Numbered from the whole stretch's first letter, positions 42,795-55,175 are shown. The stretch is 62,566 bases of DNA, filler included, from Basidiobolus ranarum (GCA_040143965.1; 6 parts of 6 records of this genome joined end to end with filler, not necessarily neighbours in it), one strand, 5' to 3'. Notes: generated from the sequence alone by a model not told the origin. Program-made: numbers and translations.

Positions 42795-43670
42795 ATGGAA
42801 GGTAATTCAAAGAAAACTGCCGACCGTAGTAGAAGCAAAAGAAGAAATAAAAAAGGCACCTATAGTCCAGAAGATTTAGAGCGCTCAAGCACTAAGCATT
42901 CAGAGGACGTGGTTGATGATAGTCACCTTCAAGATAAGTTGAAAAAACTTGCTGTTGGCGATCCTCCCTCCCCCGTTGCTGGAGTAACAACGCATACAGT
43001 TTTTGTAAATTACTCTTCCAACACTCCCGCAAAAGAAGCCGTAGCTGCTGCAACCACTTTGGAAAATAAAACACAAAGAACTAAAGATCCCTTTCAATCA
43101 AAGTTCCTTACTGGCCCTGTTACTCGCCGCAACCGATCTCTATCTCCCAATAATACTACGCTAAATGTTTTTGCCTCTGCCGTACAACCCGCTAATGCTC
43201 ATTTACTGAGCTCTTCGAACCCTGAAAATCAACCTTCACCCGTATTTCTTGCCGCATCTAATGAAACCCATAAAACAAGATCAAGCAGTGCAGAAAAAGA
43301 TGATCATACCCCTCCAAAAAACTCAAAACAAACACCCAACTTAAGTCGTACCCAACACAAACTTATGGTTCAGCGTCAGCACTTTCTCGCTGAAGATGAG
43401 AAATCTTTGCTTCACCCTAAAAATCAAATCCGACTCAGTCGTGAAATGGAGCGTATTAATCGTGAATATACGAGTTTACAAATGTTTGAGGATCCACTTA
43501 CGGAGTCTCTATCGCGTACTATGGAGCGCAAACGGCGTGAAGTTGTAGGTAGCTCTCATGCATCTAATGTTTTGAGATTCTCCGCACCCAATGGAGCTGA
43601 TAACAGGTTTCTTCCAGAACGTGCTAATACTGCTTCTGTAGCAGTGTCTCGATTTTTGGCCCGCGACTAA
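42795..43670 (+). CDS. TORC1 subunit Tco89-like protein
   Basis: Disordered Ser-rich body with C-terminal SRTQHKLMVQRQ and REMERINREY...DPLTESLSR motifs. Confidence 0.65.
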   Translation: MEGNSKKTADRSRSKRRNKKGTYSPEDLERSSTKHSEDVVDDSHLQDKLKKLAVGDPPSPVAGVTTHTVFVNYSSNTPAKEAVAAATTLENKTQRTKDPFQSKFLTGPVTRRNRSLSPNNTTLNVFASAVQPANAHLLSSSNPENQPSPVFLAASNETHKTRSSSAEKDDHTPPKNSKQTPNLSRTQHKLMVQRQHFLAEDEKSLLHPKNQIRLSREMERINREYTSLQMFEDPLTESLSRTMERKRREVVGSSHASNVLRFSAPNGADNRFLPERANTASVAVSRFLARD

Positions 43671-44289
43671 ACAAAGCATATTTCGCCATATAGTATTACA
43701 ACGTATATGTCTTGAATTATTTACCCGCTTGTAAAATACAAATAGAACTTGACTTAATTCATTATCTCGCCTTGACTTCTGATGATATTCTTACCCTATA
43801 TCTATCTGAAAATCATCTATTTCTTTCTTTTAAACACTCTATCTTTCAGGAATCTAAATAAAGAGACAAGATAAATTTGAAGGCTAAATTCTATTTAGAA
43901 AGCGCTGCTTGTCTTATAAATCTGAGGCGTTTACCAAGGGCGACTTCAATATAACCTGCTGTACGAGGTTGAACATCAGCAGTTGCAGTGATACTTGAAA
44001 ATTTTCTGTGCTTACTAAATTACAACCTGTATTATATTCGGGTTTTGCCGTGATTTTGCCGTAAATGTCCTTTAATATATGTTCAATATCATGTACTTTC
44101 CATTATAATCAATATTAAACATGACTCAAGGGTAAAAGTAGCCGTTTGTTTGATAAAATATCCTTTGTTCAACCAATAAATGACTGAACTATCAAAACAT
44201 TACCCGTGTTCATGCAATATTAATAATACCTTCCTCAAACTTCGAGCTTAACTTTCATTCATTCTTTCATATCATAGAAATCACTTCAC

Positions 44290-44634
44290 ATGGGTGGAAA
44301 ACCCTCCAAATCCAAGAGAGATTCCTTTCATTCGGCTAATAGTACTCATAGCTCTGCATCTACAACTCGTCGTCCACGTCAAAATCGATTGGTAAAAAAA
44401 TACAAAACTCATAGTGGAGTTAGTTACCAACGTCAGCTTAACAATGAAGGTTTTGCTGAATTGAATCAGACCCACTTTGAGACAAGCAATGAACCAAACT
44501 ATTTTCAAGCTCCATCAACATATAAAACGAAACCTTCCGCTTTAAATATCTTTAGAACACGAGCTGCTTCAAATAGTTCACTTGCAAATACATCCGATCC
44601 TGGACAAAACCTGAACAACTTGACTTTAAATTGA
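44290..44634 (+). CDS. Small basic protein with N-myristoylation motif, unknown function
   Basis: MGGKPSK (Gly2, Ser6, Lys7), 114 aa, Ser/Arg/Asn-rich. Confidence 0.45.
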   Translation: MGGKPSKSKRDSFHSANSTHSSASTTRRPRQNRLVKKYKTHSGVSYQRQLNNEGFAELNQTHFETSNEPNYFQAPSTYKTKPSALNIFRTRAASNSSLANTSDPGQNLNNLTLN

Positions 44635-45053
44635 TACTTCAATTGTCGAGTAACCTTTGTATTTTACTTTGTATACCCATAAGGTATAACACATCGTCGG
44701 ATATTTCTAGTTGTTTGAAAGGTTTCGTTGATTTAGCTTTCATATGACTTGATAGTCATTCACTTTGTATATATAACTCGCAAGCAACTTTCGCTATGGT
44801 ATAGCGATCTTTATCATTTGAATACACTAACTACATCAACTGTCTACTTGTTTTAGTGTCCGCAATTCTTCACCAACATTCTCAGCTTTAGTACATTAGT
44901 TAGTACACTTTTAGAATAAACAGCCATCATGACAATAATTTCATGTTTTCGTAAGTTAATCCGTAATATCCACTCTTCCTAATTTATCAACCAATATATA
45001 TATATAGATATATATACAACTTATAGAATGAAAGAGAATCCATAAGATTAAGT

Positions 45054-45645
45054 TTATTGTTCCATAGCATCAGAGGTCTTTGAACGATCCTTGCGTCCAA
45101 GAAGGGCCTTACGATCTTTGTCGAGTTTAATATTGGAAATAACAACCTTGGAAGGGTGAACACCGATGGCGGTGGTGGCACCGTTAACCTTCTCACGAGT
45201 AAGACGTTCGATGTGAATAACCCACTTCTTACGGTAAACTTGAACAATCTTGCCTTCGCGACCCTTATAGGTACCACGAACAACAAGTACCTCATCATCT
45301 TTACGAACAGGAAGAGAGCGAGTCTGTATCAATGTAATCAAAGGTTAAACCGTCTTCTTGATAAAATGAATTCAACCGAAGTCAATGCTTACGTTGTATT
45401 TCTCTCTCAATTCCTTGGAAAGAGAGGCGCTCATGATCTTTCTACGGATGCTAGAAGGAGCAGCGAAGTGAGCCTTACGGCACTTACGACGGGAAGAAGT
45501 AACGTCTATATATGAAAATAATGCATTTAGTAAAGGGTAATGGGTATTCTTGAAATGTAGACTTTATCATATCCTTAATGATTGTGGATGATAATGTCCT
45601 TTTTTGATGGATGGATAATATTTGTATACCTTGACTGAACTTCAT
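45054..45645 (-). CDS. RPL26: 60S ribosomal protein uL24 (L26), 3 exons
   Basis: [52 protein letters not shown]...GVHPSKVVI. Confidence 0.97.
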
Positions 45646-46705
45646 GACTCTATAAATTAAAGGAAAGAAAGGGAGAATCCAGCTCGATACTAGTGACTAA
45701 AGAGAACGTTTCTTGAAATCTTGATTGAACTATCATCACATGACTGAGGATTATTATTCTTGGGTCTTCGTTGAAGTGAATTATAATTACAAGTTGAAGC
45801 AACAACTTTGAAACACACTTCCAGATACTCTTACATTCTTAAAGTAGCTGTAGTTTGATTTGATTGAATCGACCAGATTAATTTCATTTATACTAATATT
45901 AGCTATAATCCGATGATAAGCGAATCACCAGGAAACATGAGTAATACTTTTAGGAAGGCCAGATTTAGGTTAAAGGTAGATATTACTGTTGTCTCTAACG
46001 TAGTTAGGTGGATATACAGAAGTAGGTGACTCCAACTGCAGTAGAGGGGTTCTTGCGTAAACAATAATAAGAACAGTTACGAAAAACCAAGTAGTTAGGC
46101 AAGCTACTGGAATTAGATGTTTGCACCCGATTCTAGAAGAATTCTATATCGGTCCTGTAATTTATACACCGTTACACGATGTAACCAAATCCTCCAATAC
46201 CAGAGAGATTCACTAAACAACAATGCTATTATAAACGTCAGCTCGTACTATGACGCATACTCCGTTCCCTGTCTGTATCAGTGATATCTGACTTGCTATT
46301 GGTGTGAAGTTGAACCTTTCACGAGTGAAAATTTGTGAGTGACTTGACCTAGCATTGAAGTCCTTTGTATGGTGGAATCGACATGCACAATAGATCTCAG
46401 GAATCAGACATCCGCTTTACTTCCAGAACATTGCCTTATTAGGTGATATGACCCCCATTGGCCTGTCTCTATAAGTCACACCGCATATAGAATAATTTAA
46501 ACAGTTGATTGAAGAACTTCTAGAACAGTTGTACAGATTCAGTAATGGAAGGCGCTGATTATGACTATTGTCAACCAATCCGATCTGATTAAAATTTATC
46601 GATTTCAAGTGGGGTGACACGAAAGGCAACATATAAAATAACTGGTGTGGGCTTAGAACTACTTTGTCAGAAATCCTCATCCTAACCCTCTATTGTATTT
46701 AAATC

Positions 46706-47818
46706 ATGAGAATCTCTACTACGCTACTTGCTACTATTATCACTCTCCTATCGACCAGCGTTCAAGGTCAAGACCATGGAGGCATGAACATGAATCCTAG
46801 CTCTAATAATACTTCTATTCCCATGACTAGCCCATGCTATACCGACCCATCTACCTCAAGCTGTGCGGATTTTCAAATGGAAAGTGCCACTGTTGATGCT
46901 AGCATCCAAAGTCTCTGTACAGCGATGCCATATATGCCTGGATGTAGTGTCAGAAATGCTTGTACCGCTACTTCCCAGTTCAGCTCAAAGTCATGGTGCA
47001 GCGGTATGTCCGTACTCGCTGATGTCTGCCAAACGGATATGCCAAAAATGACTGGGTGTAAAGCTTGGGTATCATTGTGTGGAAACAGTACCTCTGTAGT
47101 CAAGCAATGTAAAAGCCAGGGGGAAATTCCTAATATTCCTACCACCTCCGAGGCCTCAGGTTTCATCACCAGTATCTGTACAGAGATGAATATGCCAGGG
47201 TGTGAGAAGTGTAAATCATCCTCAACTATGTCTAAAAGACAGATGGACATGTCAGGCTCCGAAACTTGTGATTATCTCTCTGTTTATTCCGATCTTTGTA
47301 AATCCATGCCCAACATGAGCCAATGCCAAAAATGGACCTCCATGTGTAAGACCACTCCTGATCTCCCTTTCTGTACTAGTGGCTCATCAAGTTCTGGAGA
47401 ACCAGCTCCATCCATGATTATGTATTTCCACACTGGTATTCATGAGTACATTTTGTTCAAGAATTGGATACCTAAAACTAGTGGGCAAATGGCTGGAGCC
47501 TGGTTTGCCATTTTCTTCATTGGTATGCTTTATGAGGGATTCGGTGTACTTCGGGGTAACTTGGAAGCTAAATGGGCCCTTACTAACCAGCCATGCACCA
47601 CACTTTCCTTGGGTGCTTTCACCGCAAGTTTACCCAGAGATTGTGTCAGATTGGTTTTGAGATTTGTCGATGCTACAATTGGATATGCTCTTATGTTGGT
47701 TACTATGACATTCAATGTTGCACTGTTCTTCGCCGTAGTTACCGGACTAGCAGTAGGAACCTTCTTATTCGCTAAATTCAGGGCTGTATCAGCAGAACCA
47801 AAAGCTGGTTGTCATTAA
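46706..47818 (+). CDS. CTR-family copper transporter with signal peptide and Cys/Met-repeat ectodomain
   Basis: MIMYFH before TM1, MLVTM (MxxxM) in TM2, GLAVG in TM3, C-terminal CH; repeated CxxMxxMxxC motifs in the N-terminus. Confidence 0.9.
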   Translation: MRISTTLLATIITLLSTSVQGQDHGGMNMNPSSNNTSIPMTSPCYTDPSTSSCADFQMESATVDASIQSLCTAMPYMPGCSVRNACTATSQFSSKSWCSGMSVLADVCQTDMPKMTGCKAWVSLCGNSTSVVKQCKSQGEIPNIPTTSEASGFITSICTEMNMPGCEKCKSSSTMSKRQMDMSGSETCDYLSVYSDLCKSMPNMSQCQKWTSMCKTTPDLPFCTSGSSSSGEPAPSMIMYFHTGIHEYILFKNWIPKTSGQMAGAWFAIFFIGMLYEGFGVLRGNLEAKWALTNQPCTTLSLGAFTASLPRDCVRLVLRFVDATIGYALMLVTMTFNVALFFAVVTGLAVGTFLFAKFRAVSAEPKAGCH

Positions 47819-48199
47819 ATAGATTCCAACCGTAGATATCCCTTCAATAATTTAATGAACCCTTAGGCCTAACCCATTATGTAACCATTGTATCAAAGCA
47901 TCTCAATGTATAATCGTTTAACAATGATTTAATCATTATCGTCTATATAAATAAATAACTGATCCAACATTAGCCAAAGAAAGAAATAGGTAATTTTGCC
48001 ATACATTCGGTGTGTACAGCATAATTAGTCGCATCACATTGCGCTCTTTTATATCCAAGAACCAATGATTGAATAGAAGATTTTAAAGACTCCAGGAGTA
48101 AAGGAAAAGAGGCTTAGTGAATATCATCATCAATCATGATTATTATGAGTATTTCTTGTGATAGTTAAGGAAGGCTCCGTCTATTTCGAGTTAGAAACC

Positions 48200-49245
48200 A
48201 TGAAAGGGTTAAGCATACTTTTGTACTGGGTATTCCTTTGGCATTGCCCTCAACTTCAAGGTATCCTTTTTACTTATTCGTTTGGTCCTGTTCTTCCTCT
48301 CATCTAATTCTATTGACTTTAAGCTCGTTCGGTATCTTTGGACCCACAATTTACTCCAAAACTTGAAGTTCCAGGTACTTATGTGTATCAACATTTTTAT
48401 GCTTGGGACTATCTTTCGCAATTCAACCTTACTTATTTAAATTGTGTGGTAAAGTTTACTTTCTTTGAAGAAATCCTCTTAAACTTTAGAATTAACTTAT
48501 TTATTTTAAACTAGGTTAGGGACCCAGATATAGAAGAGTGGGTAGTAAATTCCGAACCACTTAAACAAGTGGAAGAAGAGTTTCTAAAAGAAAATGAGAA
48601 TGTTTGGGATCTCACTCATAATATCTATACTGACTTGTGTGAAAACCGGGACCTTTACGAAACCAAAGAATTGGATAGTCTACCCAAAGTGTATATAAGA
48701 TGGGTCAATTCCTTAGTAAAATGGGGATTATTTGCAGAAGAACCTATTCCACCAAAAACCACCATAGGTTTATATACAGGTATGGTCTTTTATTGAACAT
48801 TTATTCCAAATGAAAATTTCCTATGATATAACCCTTAGTTTAAGGTTTCCTTACCAATAAGACAACCAATTTCGATTATTCTTGGGAATATAACGTTTAC
48901 ACTCAAGTTTATGATAAAGACGAGGAATCGGTTTTGTTGGCTATTGATGCTCTGGAAGTGGGAAACCATTTGAGATTTGTTAACCATAATGAAGGTATTT
49001 TTCTTATCTTGGAATTTTATCAATTACTTTATTCACTTTTAGAATTAGAATCTATCAATGTTAGCCCATTTTATGCAGCTCGTGATAATATCTGGTGGAT
49101 ATTTTATATTGCAACTAAGCCTATCGAGATAAATCAACAACTTCTTACTGACTATGGAAAGAGCTACTGGGAGTCTGAAGAAGATGAGGAGGAAGGAGAG
49201 GGAGAAGAGGAAGAAGGTGAAGATATAGCTGAACACGAAGACTAA
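48200..49245 (+). CDS. SET-domain methyltransferase-like protein with N-terminal signal-like peptide and acidic tail (5 exons)
   Basis: Exons 48200-48260, 48324-48448, 48515-48779, about 48845-48993, about 49043-49245; motifs WGLFAEEPI, IGLYTG, IDALEVGNHLRFVNH, QLLTDYGKSYW. Confidence 0.8.
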
Positions 49246-49499
49246 CAAGGCCATGTAGATTTGCAGACAACTAATGTATAAAGTATCTGTGATATACTGT
49301 TATCCATGTAGTTACTCTATTCAGTAAGGAATGTATGTTAATATGAACATATACATATTTAATAAAATGGTGATTCACCAAGATACGTACAATCTTATTA
49401 CCCCAGTAATCAAGGGCTCAAGGGTACACTCATAATTACCACATTTGGACAAAGTAGAGCATAAATTCACTCAATTGAAGATAGCGTTTGACTGTAGTC

Positions 49500-50556
49500 A
49501 TGAGCTCACTTAACTCTATATTGGACTTGGCTGGACGTCAATATGAACATGAACTGTTAGTACGTAACGCTGTTGAAGCTTTCTTTGAAGTGGATAAGAA
49601 TGAGGACCGTGAGGTTTCCCCAGAGGAACTTCGTGCTTGGTGGAACTTGCCTAAGAAGGTTTTCGATGATTTATGGGAGCGCGTGGATAAGGACAAGTCT
49701 GGTAGTTTGAGTTGCATAGAATTCTTGGAACTTTATCAATTCTATAACAACTGGTGTCAAGGATATTGTGGCTCTTGTGAAAAACTCCTACTCAACACTG
49801 AGGAGACTGCTTACCATAGTTCCAAGGATGAAACCCTATGTTCAAACTGCTTTGAAAAGGTAGCGGATACTGCCGATTACAGCGTCAACAAGTCTGTACA
49901 ACCTACATTTGGGAACTTGTTGAGCTCAGAAATTCACAAGGAATTCGAGAGACTTGATACTGACAAGGATGGTACTGTGAGCTTAAAAGAACTTGAAGAA
50001 AACTATTCTTCAGAATATGTTCAATGGTATTTTACCAACTTCGATGAGGACAGTGATCAGTCGTTGAACGAGAAAGAGTTCGGATACGGTTTGATCTATT
50101 TAAAAATAGCCACTGGTTGTGATTCTTGTCATAAATTGGTCCTCAAAGACGGAAAATCTGGGTATGAATGCTCTCAATGCTCCGACTTGATACTTTGCCA
50201 ACAGTGTTACTCTGCAACCCCCGATATAGATCATCCATGCAATGTTCCTTTGGAGCCATTGAGAACTACATCATTTGCTGATCTTGGCCTGGAAGTTACT
50301 GAAACCGGGTTGACAGTTCAAGAGCCTGAAGTCTACAGTGCATATCGCCCATTCCTAAAAGAAATTGGACTTGTTGAGGTAATTCAAGTCAGTTCATTGA
50401 AACATTGCTTTTACTTACTTACAGTTACCATTGTCATAGGAAACTTCTGATACCGACCCCAAAACGTTCGATTTGGACGAGCTTTTCATTAAAACGAATC
50501 ACCCTGATTACTTGGAGAATTGGCAAGAGATTTCGAATTTCTTGAAATCTAATTAG
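49500..50556 (+). CDS. Tandem (EF-hand pair + ZZ-like zinc finger) x2 protein
   Basis: EF loops DKNEDREVSPEE, DKDKSGSLSCIE, DTDKDGTVSLKE, DEDSDQSLNEKE; CxxC...LCxxC fingers; one intron at about 50379-50439. Confidence 0.8.
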
Positions 50557-50945
50557 ACTATCATTTATCAACATTTATTAACCCACAACCTCGCTATCCT
50601 TGCTGTTGAAATTAACTATTTTTGCATAGTCAATAAACATCTTATATCATACGCGCTAGGGACATTTATTATGAGTAGTCTTGCAAGGAAAGGTGAATAG
50701 ATTGCGCTCCTTCCGAATTCCACCAGTGTAAAGACTTTTTCGAGGATTACTTTGGAGAAAGCTTGGCAAAAGTGGTTGACCTTCACTCCACTAAACCTGG
50801 CGATGGAATCGTTTTCAAAAGTAATAATGGGGGAATAGAAAAAATACACAACGAAAGTTAAAACTATTTGCAAGGAAACAAAATTTGTCAACTATCTATA
50901 CACAATTGGTTAAGAGGGAAGCCCACGAAGGAAGCCCACCCAAAA

Positions 50946-51943
50946 TTAATACTGAAATGAATTCTGTCTCTTGGTCCAACCATTCGAAATCGGCATTGAT
51001 ATTGGCATGGACATCACAGTAGAAGGTTGTTCAAGTTCTGGCATTGAGGAGTTGTTACCAAGTTGTGGATATCCGTAGTACATTTGTGAATTGAGCGTTG
51101 GATATGAATAATGTCGCGACAGACGTGGATTGATCGGTGGTGGCTGAGATGCCTGAAAGCTCATCATAGTGGAATAGTCCACTCCCTGGTCAAATTCTTC
51201 ACTCTGTTCACTAGCTCCACCATTGTTAAGCAAATAGTCACTCAACTCGTAGTTGGAACAATTACTCTCCGAATACTCTTCATGATACGTCATTTCGTCG
51301 CAGTGGTTGAGGGATAGAAGCATTGCACCGGGATTGTGCTCGTTCTTGCTGTGCTTGACTTGTATGTTTTCTGAACCTTCCCCGTTCGTTGATATCTTGT
51401 ATTCATTAATAATGGCTGGCACATTGGTAAAGCTACTGCTATAAAGGAGATTAGTTGGTCAAATTGTGGATGCATATGGAAATCATTAGTACGCATACCT
51501 AGTACTTGGTACAGATTTCCTTCTCTAGAACAAAGATTAGAACATGTACTTGTAGATCACAAAAGAAATGCGCTAACCCTAGTGTCAACTGTCTTGAACT
51601 CTTTGCGATAATATTTCTCTATTAATCCTTCTGGATCGTCTACTGATGAATACTACATGAAATCCGGATGAATTGGTAAGATTTCAACACCGTAATGTAC
51701 AATGATAACTTACCATATGACAGGCATCTTTCGCATCAAACATCATCAAAACCACTTTACATTCGCAGAGTACCGCCAATTCGTGGGCTTTCTTGATTAA
51801 TCCGCATCTCCTACGACTAAACGTTACGTTCTTCTGCCTTTCATTCTCGATGGTCTTTATCTATACAAGTAAGATTTAGATCGAATCGAGTGGAATAAAA
51901 GATGTTAGATAATGGAATTAACCTTGATTTTCTTGCGGCCCAT
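50946..51943 (-). CDS. MADS-box (MEF2-like) transcription factor, multi-exon
   Basis: MGRKKIK|IKTIENERQKNVTFSRRRCGLIKKAHELAVLCECKVVLMMF. Confidence 0.9.
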
Positions 51944-52154
51944 GACTAGGCGAAGTGATCCACAAGAGTTATAGAAACGGCAAGTTGCAATGGACTGTAA
52001 ACACCACCGAAGAAAGTGGAAGATGGGATGAAGGGGTTGAACCCTCCAGTGGCATGCAACCTTAGTTATTTATTAATGTCAAGTAACTCACCTTGGTAAC
52101 CATGATTGGATACCATGGATACCTAGAAGTGAGCACTCGGTCAACTTTGAATTA

Positions 52155-52254
52155 NNNNNNNNNNNNNNNNNNNNNNNNNNNNNNNNNNNNNNNNNNNNTT
52201 AATTAATTAANNNNNNNNNNNNNNNNNNNNNNNNNNNNNNNNNNNNNNNNNNNN
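52155..52254. other. Artificial contig-joining spacer
   Basis: N44-TTAATTAATTAA-N44. Confidence 0.98.
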
Positions 52255-53518
52255 TCATAACAGAGACTACTCTGTGTATTCTCTGTATTATTTAGTTTCT
52301 GTAGATGTTATCAAGGTTACACTTGAAGTATCTCTATCAATGTCCAATTGTTAACTCCTTCGTGAATGGCACAATACCTGGGTTTTCTCGTGGTGCATAT
52401 AGTGGAAAGGATCTGTTCCTGAAAAAGTGAGAGAAATCTGAACCTTTCGCGCAGGGTTCAAGTGGAGGTTATTGGAACTTGTGTGTTGCTATTTAGCTAA
52501 TTTAACCCAAATGTTACGACCTCATGTATGGCTAATGGCAGATGAGAACAACATGTTACTGGAAATGTGATGGATCTTGAAAAATCTATAATAGCAGAGT
52601 GCTGTTGGTGGTGGACAAGTTTGTGAGTATACCATAGATAGATAGAGAAATTTTCCAGTTCTCAAACTAACACGCACTTGTTCGATAGATGTGCTGTATG
52701 AAGATGACTCGAACATGGGAAATGCCATTCAATCTCTAGCATTACAACATATGGCAAGAGAGAGAATTTATTTCTCAACAACAATTGTACCAATAGAAAT
52801 GCCATCAGTTACATCTTAGGATTAACTACCATAATAAACTTTGCGAGCTAATGTCACGATACACATAAGTCAAGCTATACATGCAGCCATATGTATGTTT
52901 ATTCATGCGAATAATCTGAGTAATGGTACGACAGTTTCTACAATATAAACAATGCAAAAGTACACTTCAAATGATTGGTGGAATCTACGAAACCCGCACA
53001 ATCACAGTCATGATCAAGTCACACTGAAGCAGGGAAATTGTTGCCGAGTTAAGACTTCGGTATCTACCATCTTGAATATAACTGGGCTAGGTTTTTCCAT
53101 CCTATATTTGCATTGCATCTATAAGCAAAAATGAACAAGTTGAATCTAGGGTTATATACATAATTGAAATGCAGACCAACCGAAATGCAAAACATCCGAA
53201 ATGACGTTGTACTCCTATTCGTTAGGGTTAGTGGTGAAGTATCGGGTCGACAAGTATTGGGTCGTTGCTAGCACGGGCTAAATTCAAGTCGAAAAGGCTT
53301 ATTTTTCCATCAAATTTATTAATACACTCGGTGTCCTCTCTGAAACCGGAGGTGTATTTGAATCATTTGTATAAATTCATAGTTGGTGCAAAATGACACT
53401 AACAAATTCCTAAGTAACATTTACTACTTACACTTCTACTTCCACTTTCATTAACAGCTTTACATAGCTATCTAGGTACTTAAGACACCACGTTTACGAT
53501 CTCCACATTGAAAACAAG

Positions 53519-53815
53519 ATGAACTGCTTTTCCTTCTTAACCACAGCCAGCTTCTTATTGATCTTGGTAACAGCACAAGAAAGCCTAACAAGTAATGTAC
53601 TTGAAGTGAATAGAACATGTGCCATGAATTGTTTGACGAATCTAGCTCCATGCTACCGTTGCGGTGGTGAATGGACATCGTGTACAGCAAAATGTAACCC
53701 AAATGATGTTAAATTAATGACTGGGAAATGCTTCGATACATGCTTTATTGGCACCGTACAGTGTGTTGGAAAATGTATGCCACTTAATGTGTGTATCGGA
53801 GGATGCATCATGTGA
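53519..53815 (+). CDS. Small secreted cysteine-rich protein (12 Cys in mature part)
   Basis: Signal peptide MNCFSFLTTASFLLILVTA; six CxxC/CxxxC pairs; TATAAAT upstream at about 53370. Confidence 0.75.
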   Translation: MNCFSFLTTASFLLILVTAQESLTSNVLEVNRTCAMNCLTNLAPCYRCGGEWTSCTAKCNPNDVKLMTGKCFDTCFIGTVQCVGKCMPLNVCIGGCIM

Positions 53816-53861
53816 CATCTTGACTGTTTACTGTATGCAATATGCATGTTTATCAATGAAT

Positions 53862-53908
53862 TGTTTTTACTGTTTTTACTGCTTTTACTGCTTTTACTGT
53901 TTTTACTG
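53862..53908. repeat. 9-bp tandem repeat (TGYTTTTAC)x5
   Basis: tgtttttac tgtttttac tgcttttac tgcttttac tgtttttac tg, downstream of the 53519 gene. Confidence 0.9.
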
Positions 53909-55013
53909 AAAATAAACATCCTCCCTATAATATTAGTGGTTTTCTATCTATATCTCAAAAGTCGTATATGGGCAGCATTCAAGTATAAACTCCATCAACG
54001 CCATTTGGCCTTGTACTCTGATGTTATATGACTATCTGGATAATCAATGAAAGATTCAGAATATTGCCATTTGTTCATATTTGTGATGAATGTAGAATCT
54101 ACTTCACTCCTAGTTGGAAATGAGAAACTGCTTATAGATAGTTGGGAACGATTATACTTATATAAGCTCAATGGACAATTCTCATCCCGATTAAAGTTCA
54201 TAATACAATGTTGAAGCAAGCGTATGAGTTTTTAGGCTACCAAGGAACAATTACAGGAATGAAGATGAATTTTCCTTGAAACTTCCCTTGATAACTTGAT
54301 GCTACGAATGAAAGATGTGACAATCTCTAGTGAGATGTACATCTAGCAGATATGATTTTATTTACCTTGTACCAGTTGCACTGTTATAAGCAGCATGTAT
54401 AGGTTTGCCAGGATATGTATAGGCTGAAATAGAACGACCATACCAAGATAATACGAATGTGGAGGTTTTTGCTGTAGTCATCGAACAATTAGACACCTAC
54501 TTACTGTCAATATACTCAAGATAATATAGTATCAGTATTGGAAACCACAATATATACCCCAGCTTAAGAAGTAAAAGTATGCGGTAGAAAAAGTGCTCTG
54601 GGCCCATCATGTTAGGAATGAAAATCTGGGTGAAAACTACCCGTACATACGTTACACCAGGTATCTGCAGATATTCAAACTTACACCAGCCTTTACTAGC
54701 CAAGATTATAGTAAATTTCGAAGAATTTAGCAATAAGTGGGAAAGTATTGTAACTGAATTCTGTACTTTCTTGAGTTCATGTACCACAAACATTATCAAG
54801 TGATCTCCACCTAACACGCGGAAGAAACTTCCACTATTAAGAGTATAATTTGAACTAAAGTGTAATAGTCAAGGGGCGTCTCGGAACGATAGATTACACC
54901 AAAGTTATAGTCTGTAAATGGAATAAACAAACCACACAACTTTGATAATTAGTAATAAATGCCTTATGATTGGTTTCTATCCTTTTGAAAATTAATATAA
55001 TAGGAAAACAATA

Positions 55014-55175
55014 TTATCAGATCAAATGTATCAAATAGTTGAAGGTGACTAATACTAGCAATAATCCTAGCAATTTGAGTTCATATTATTATCAGATCAG
55101 GTTATGCTTAAAATATCTGATTCGCACACCAGTGTAACCCATTAGAGAATCAGATAAATATATGTTTTATCTGAT
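55014..55175. promoter_or_regulatory. Cluster of four perfect and one near ATCWGATAA sites (iron-responsive GATA repressor element)
   Basis: TTATCAGAT 55014 and 55089, ATCAGATAA 55149, TTATCTGAT 55167, near-match ATATCTGAT 55113; 320-490 bp upstream of ATG 55499. Confidence 0.75.

Noticed and set aside
53653-54031. Overlapping ORFs with poly-Leu or KNSKSS runs
   Set aside because: Translation artefacts of the 9-bp tandem repeat at 53862-53908
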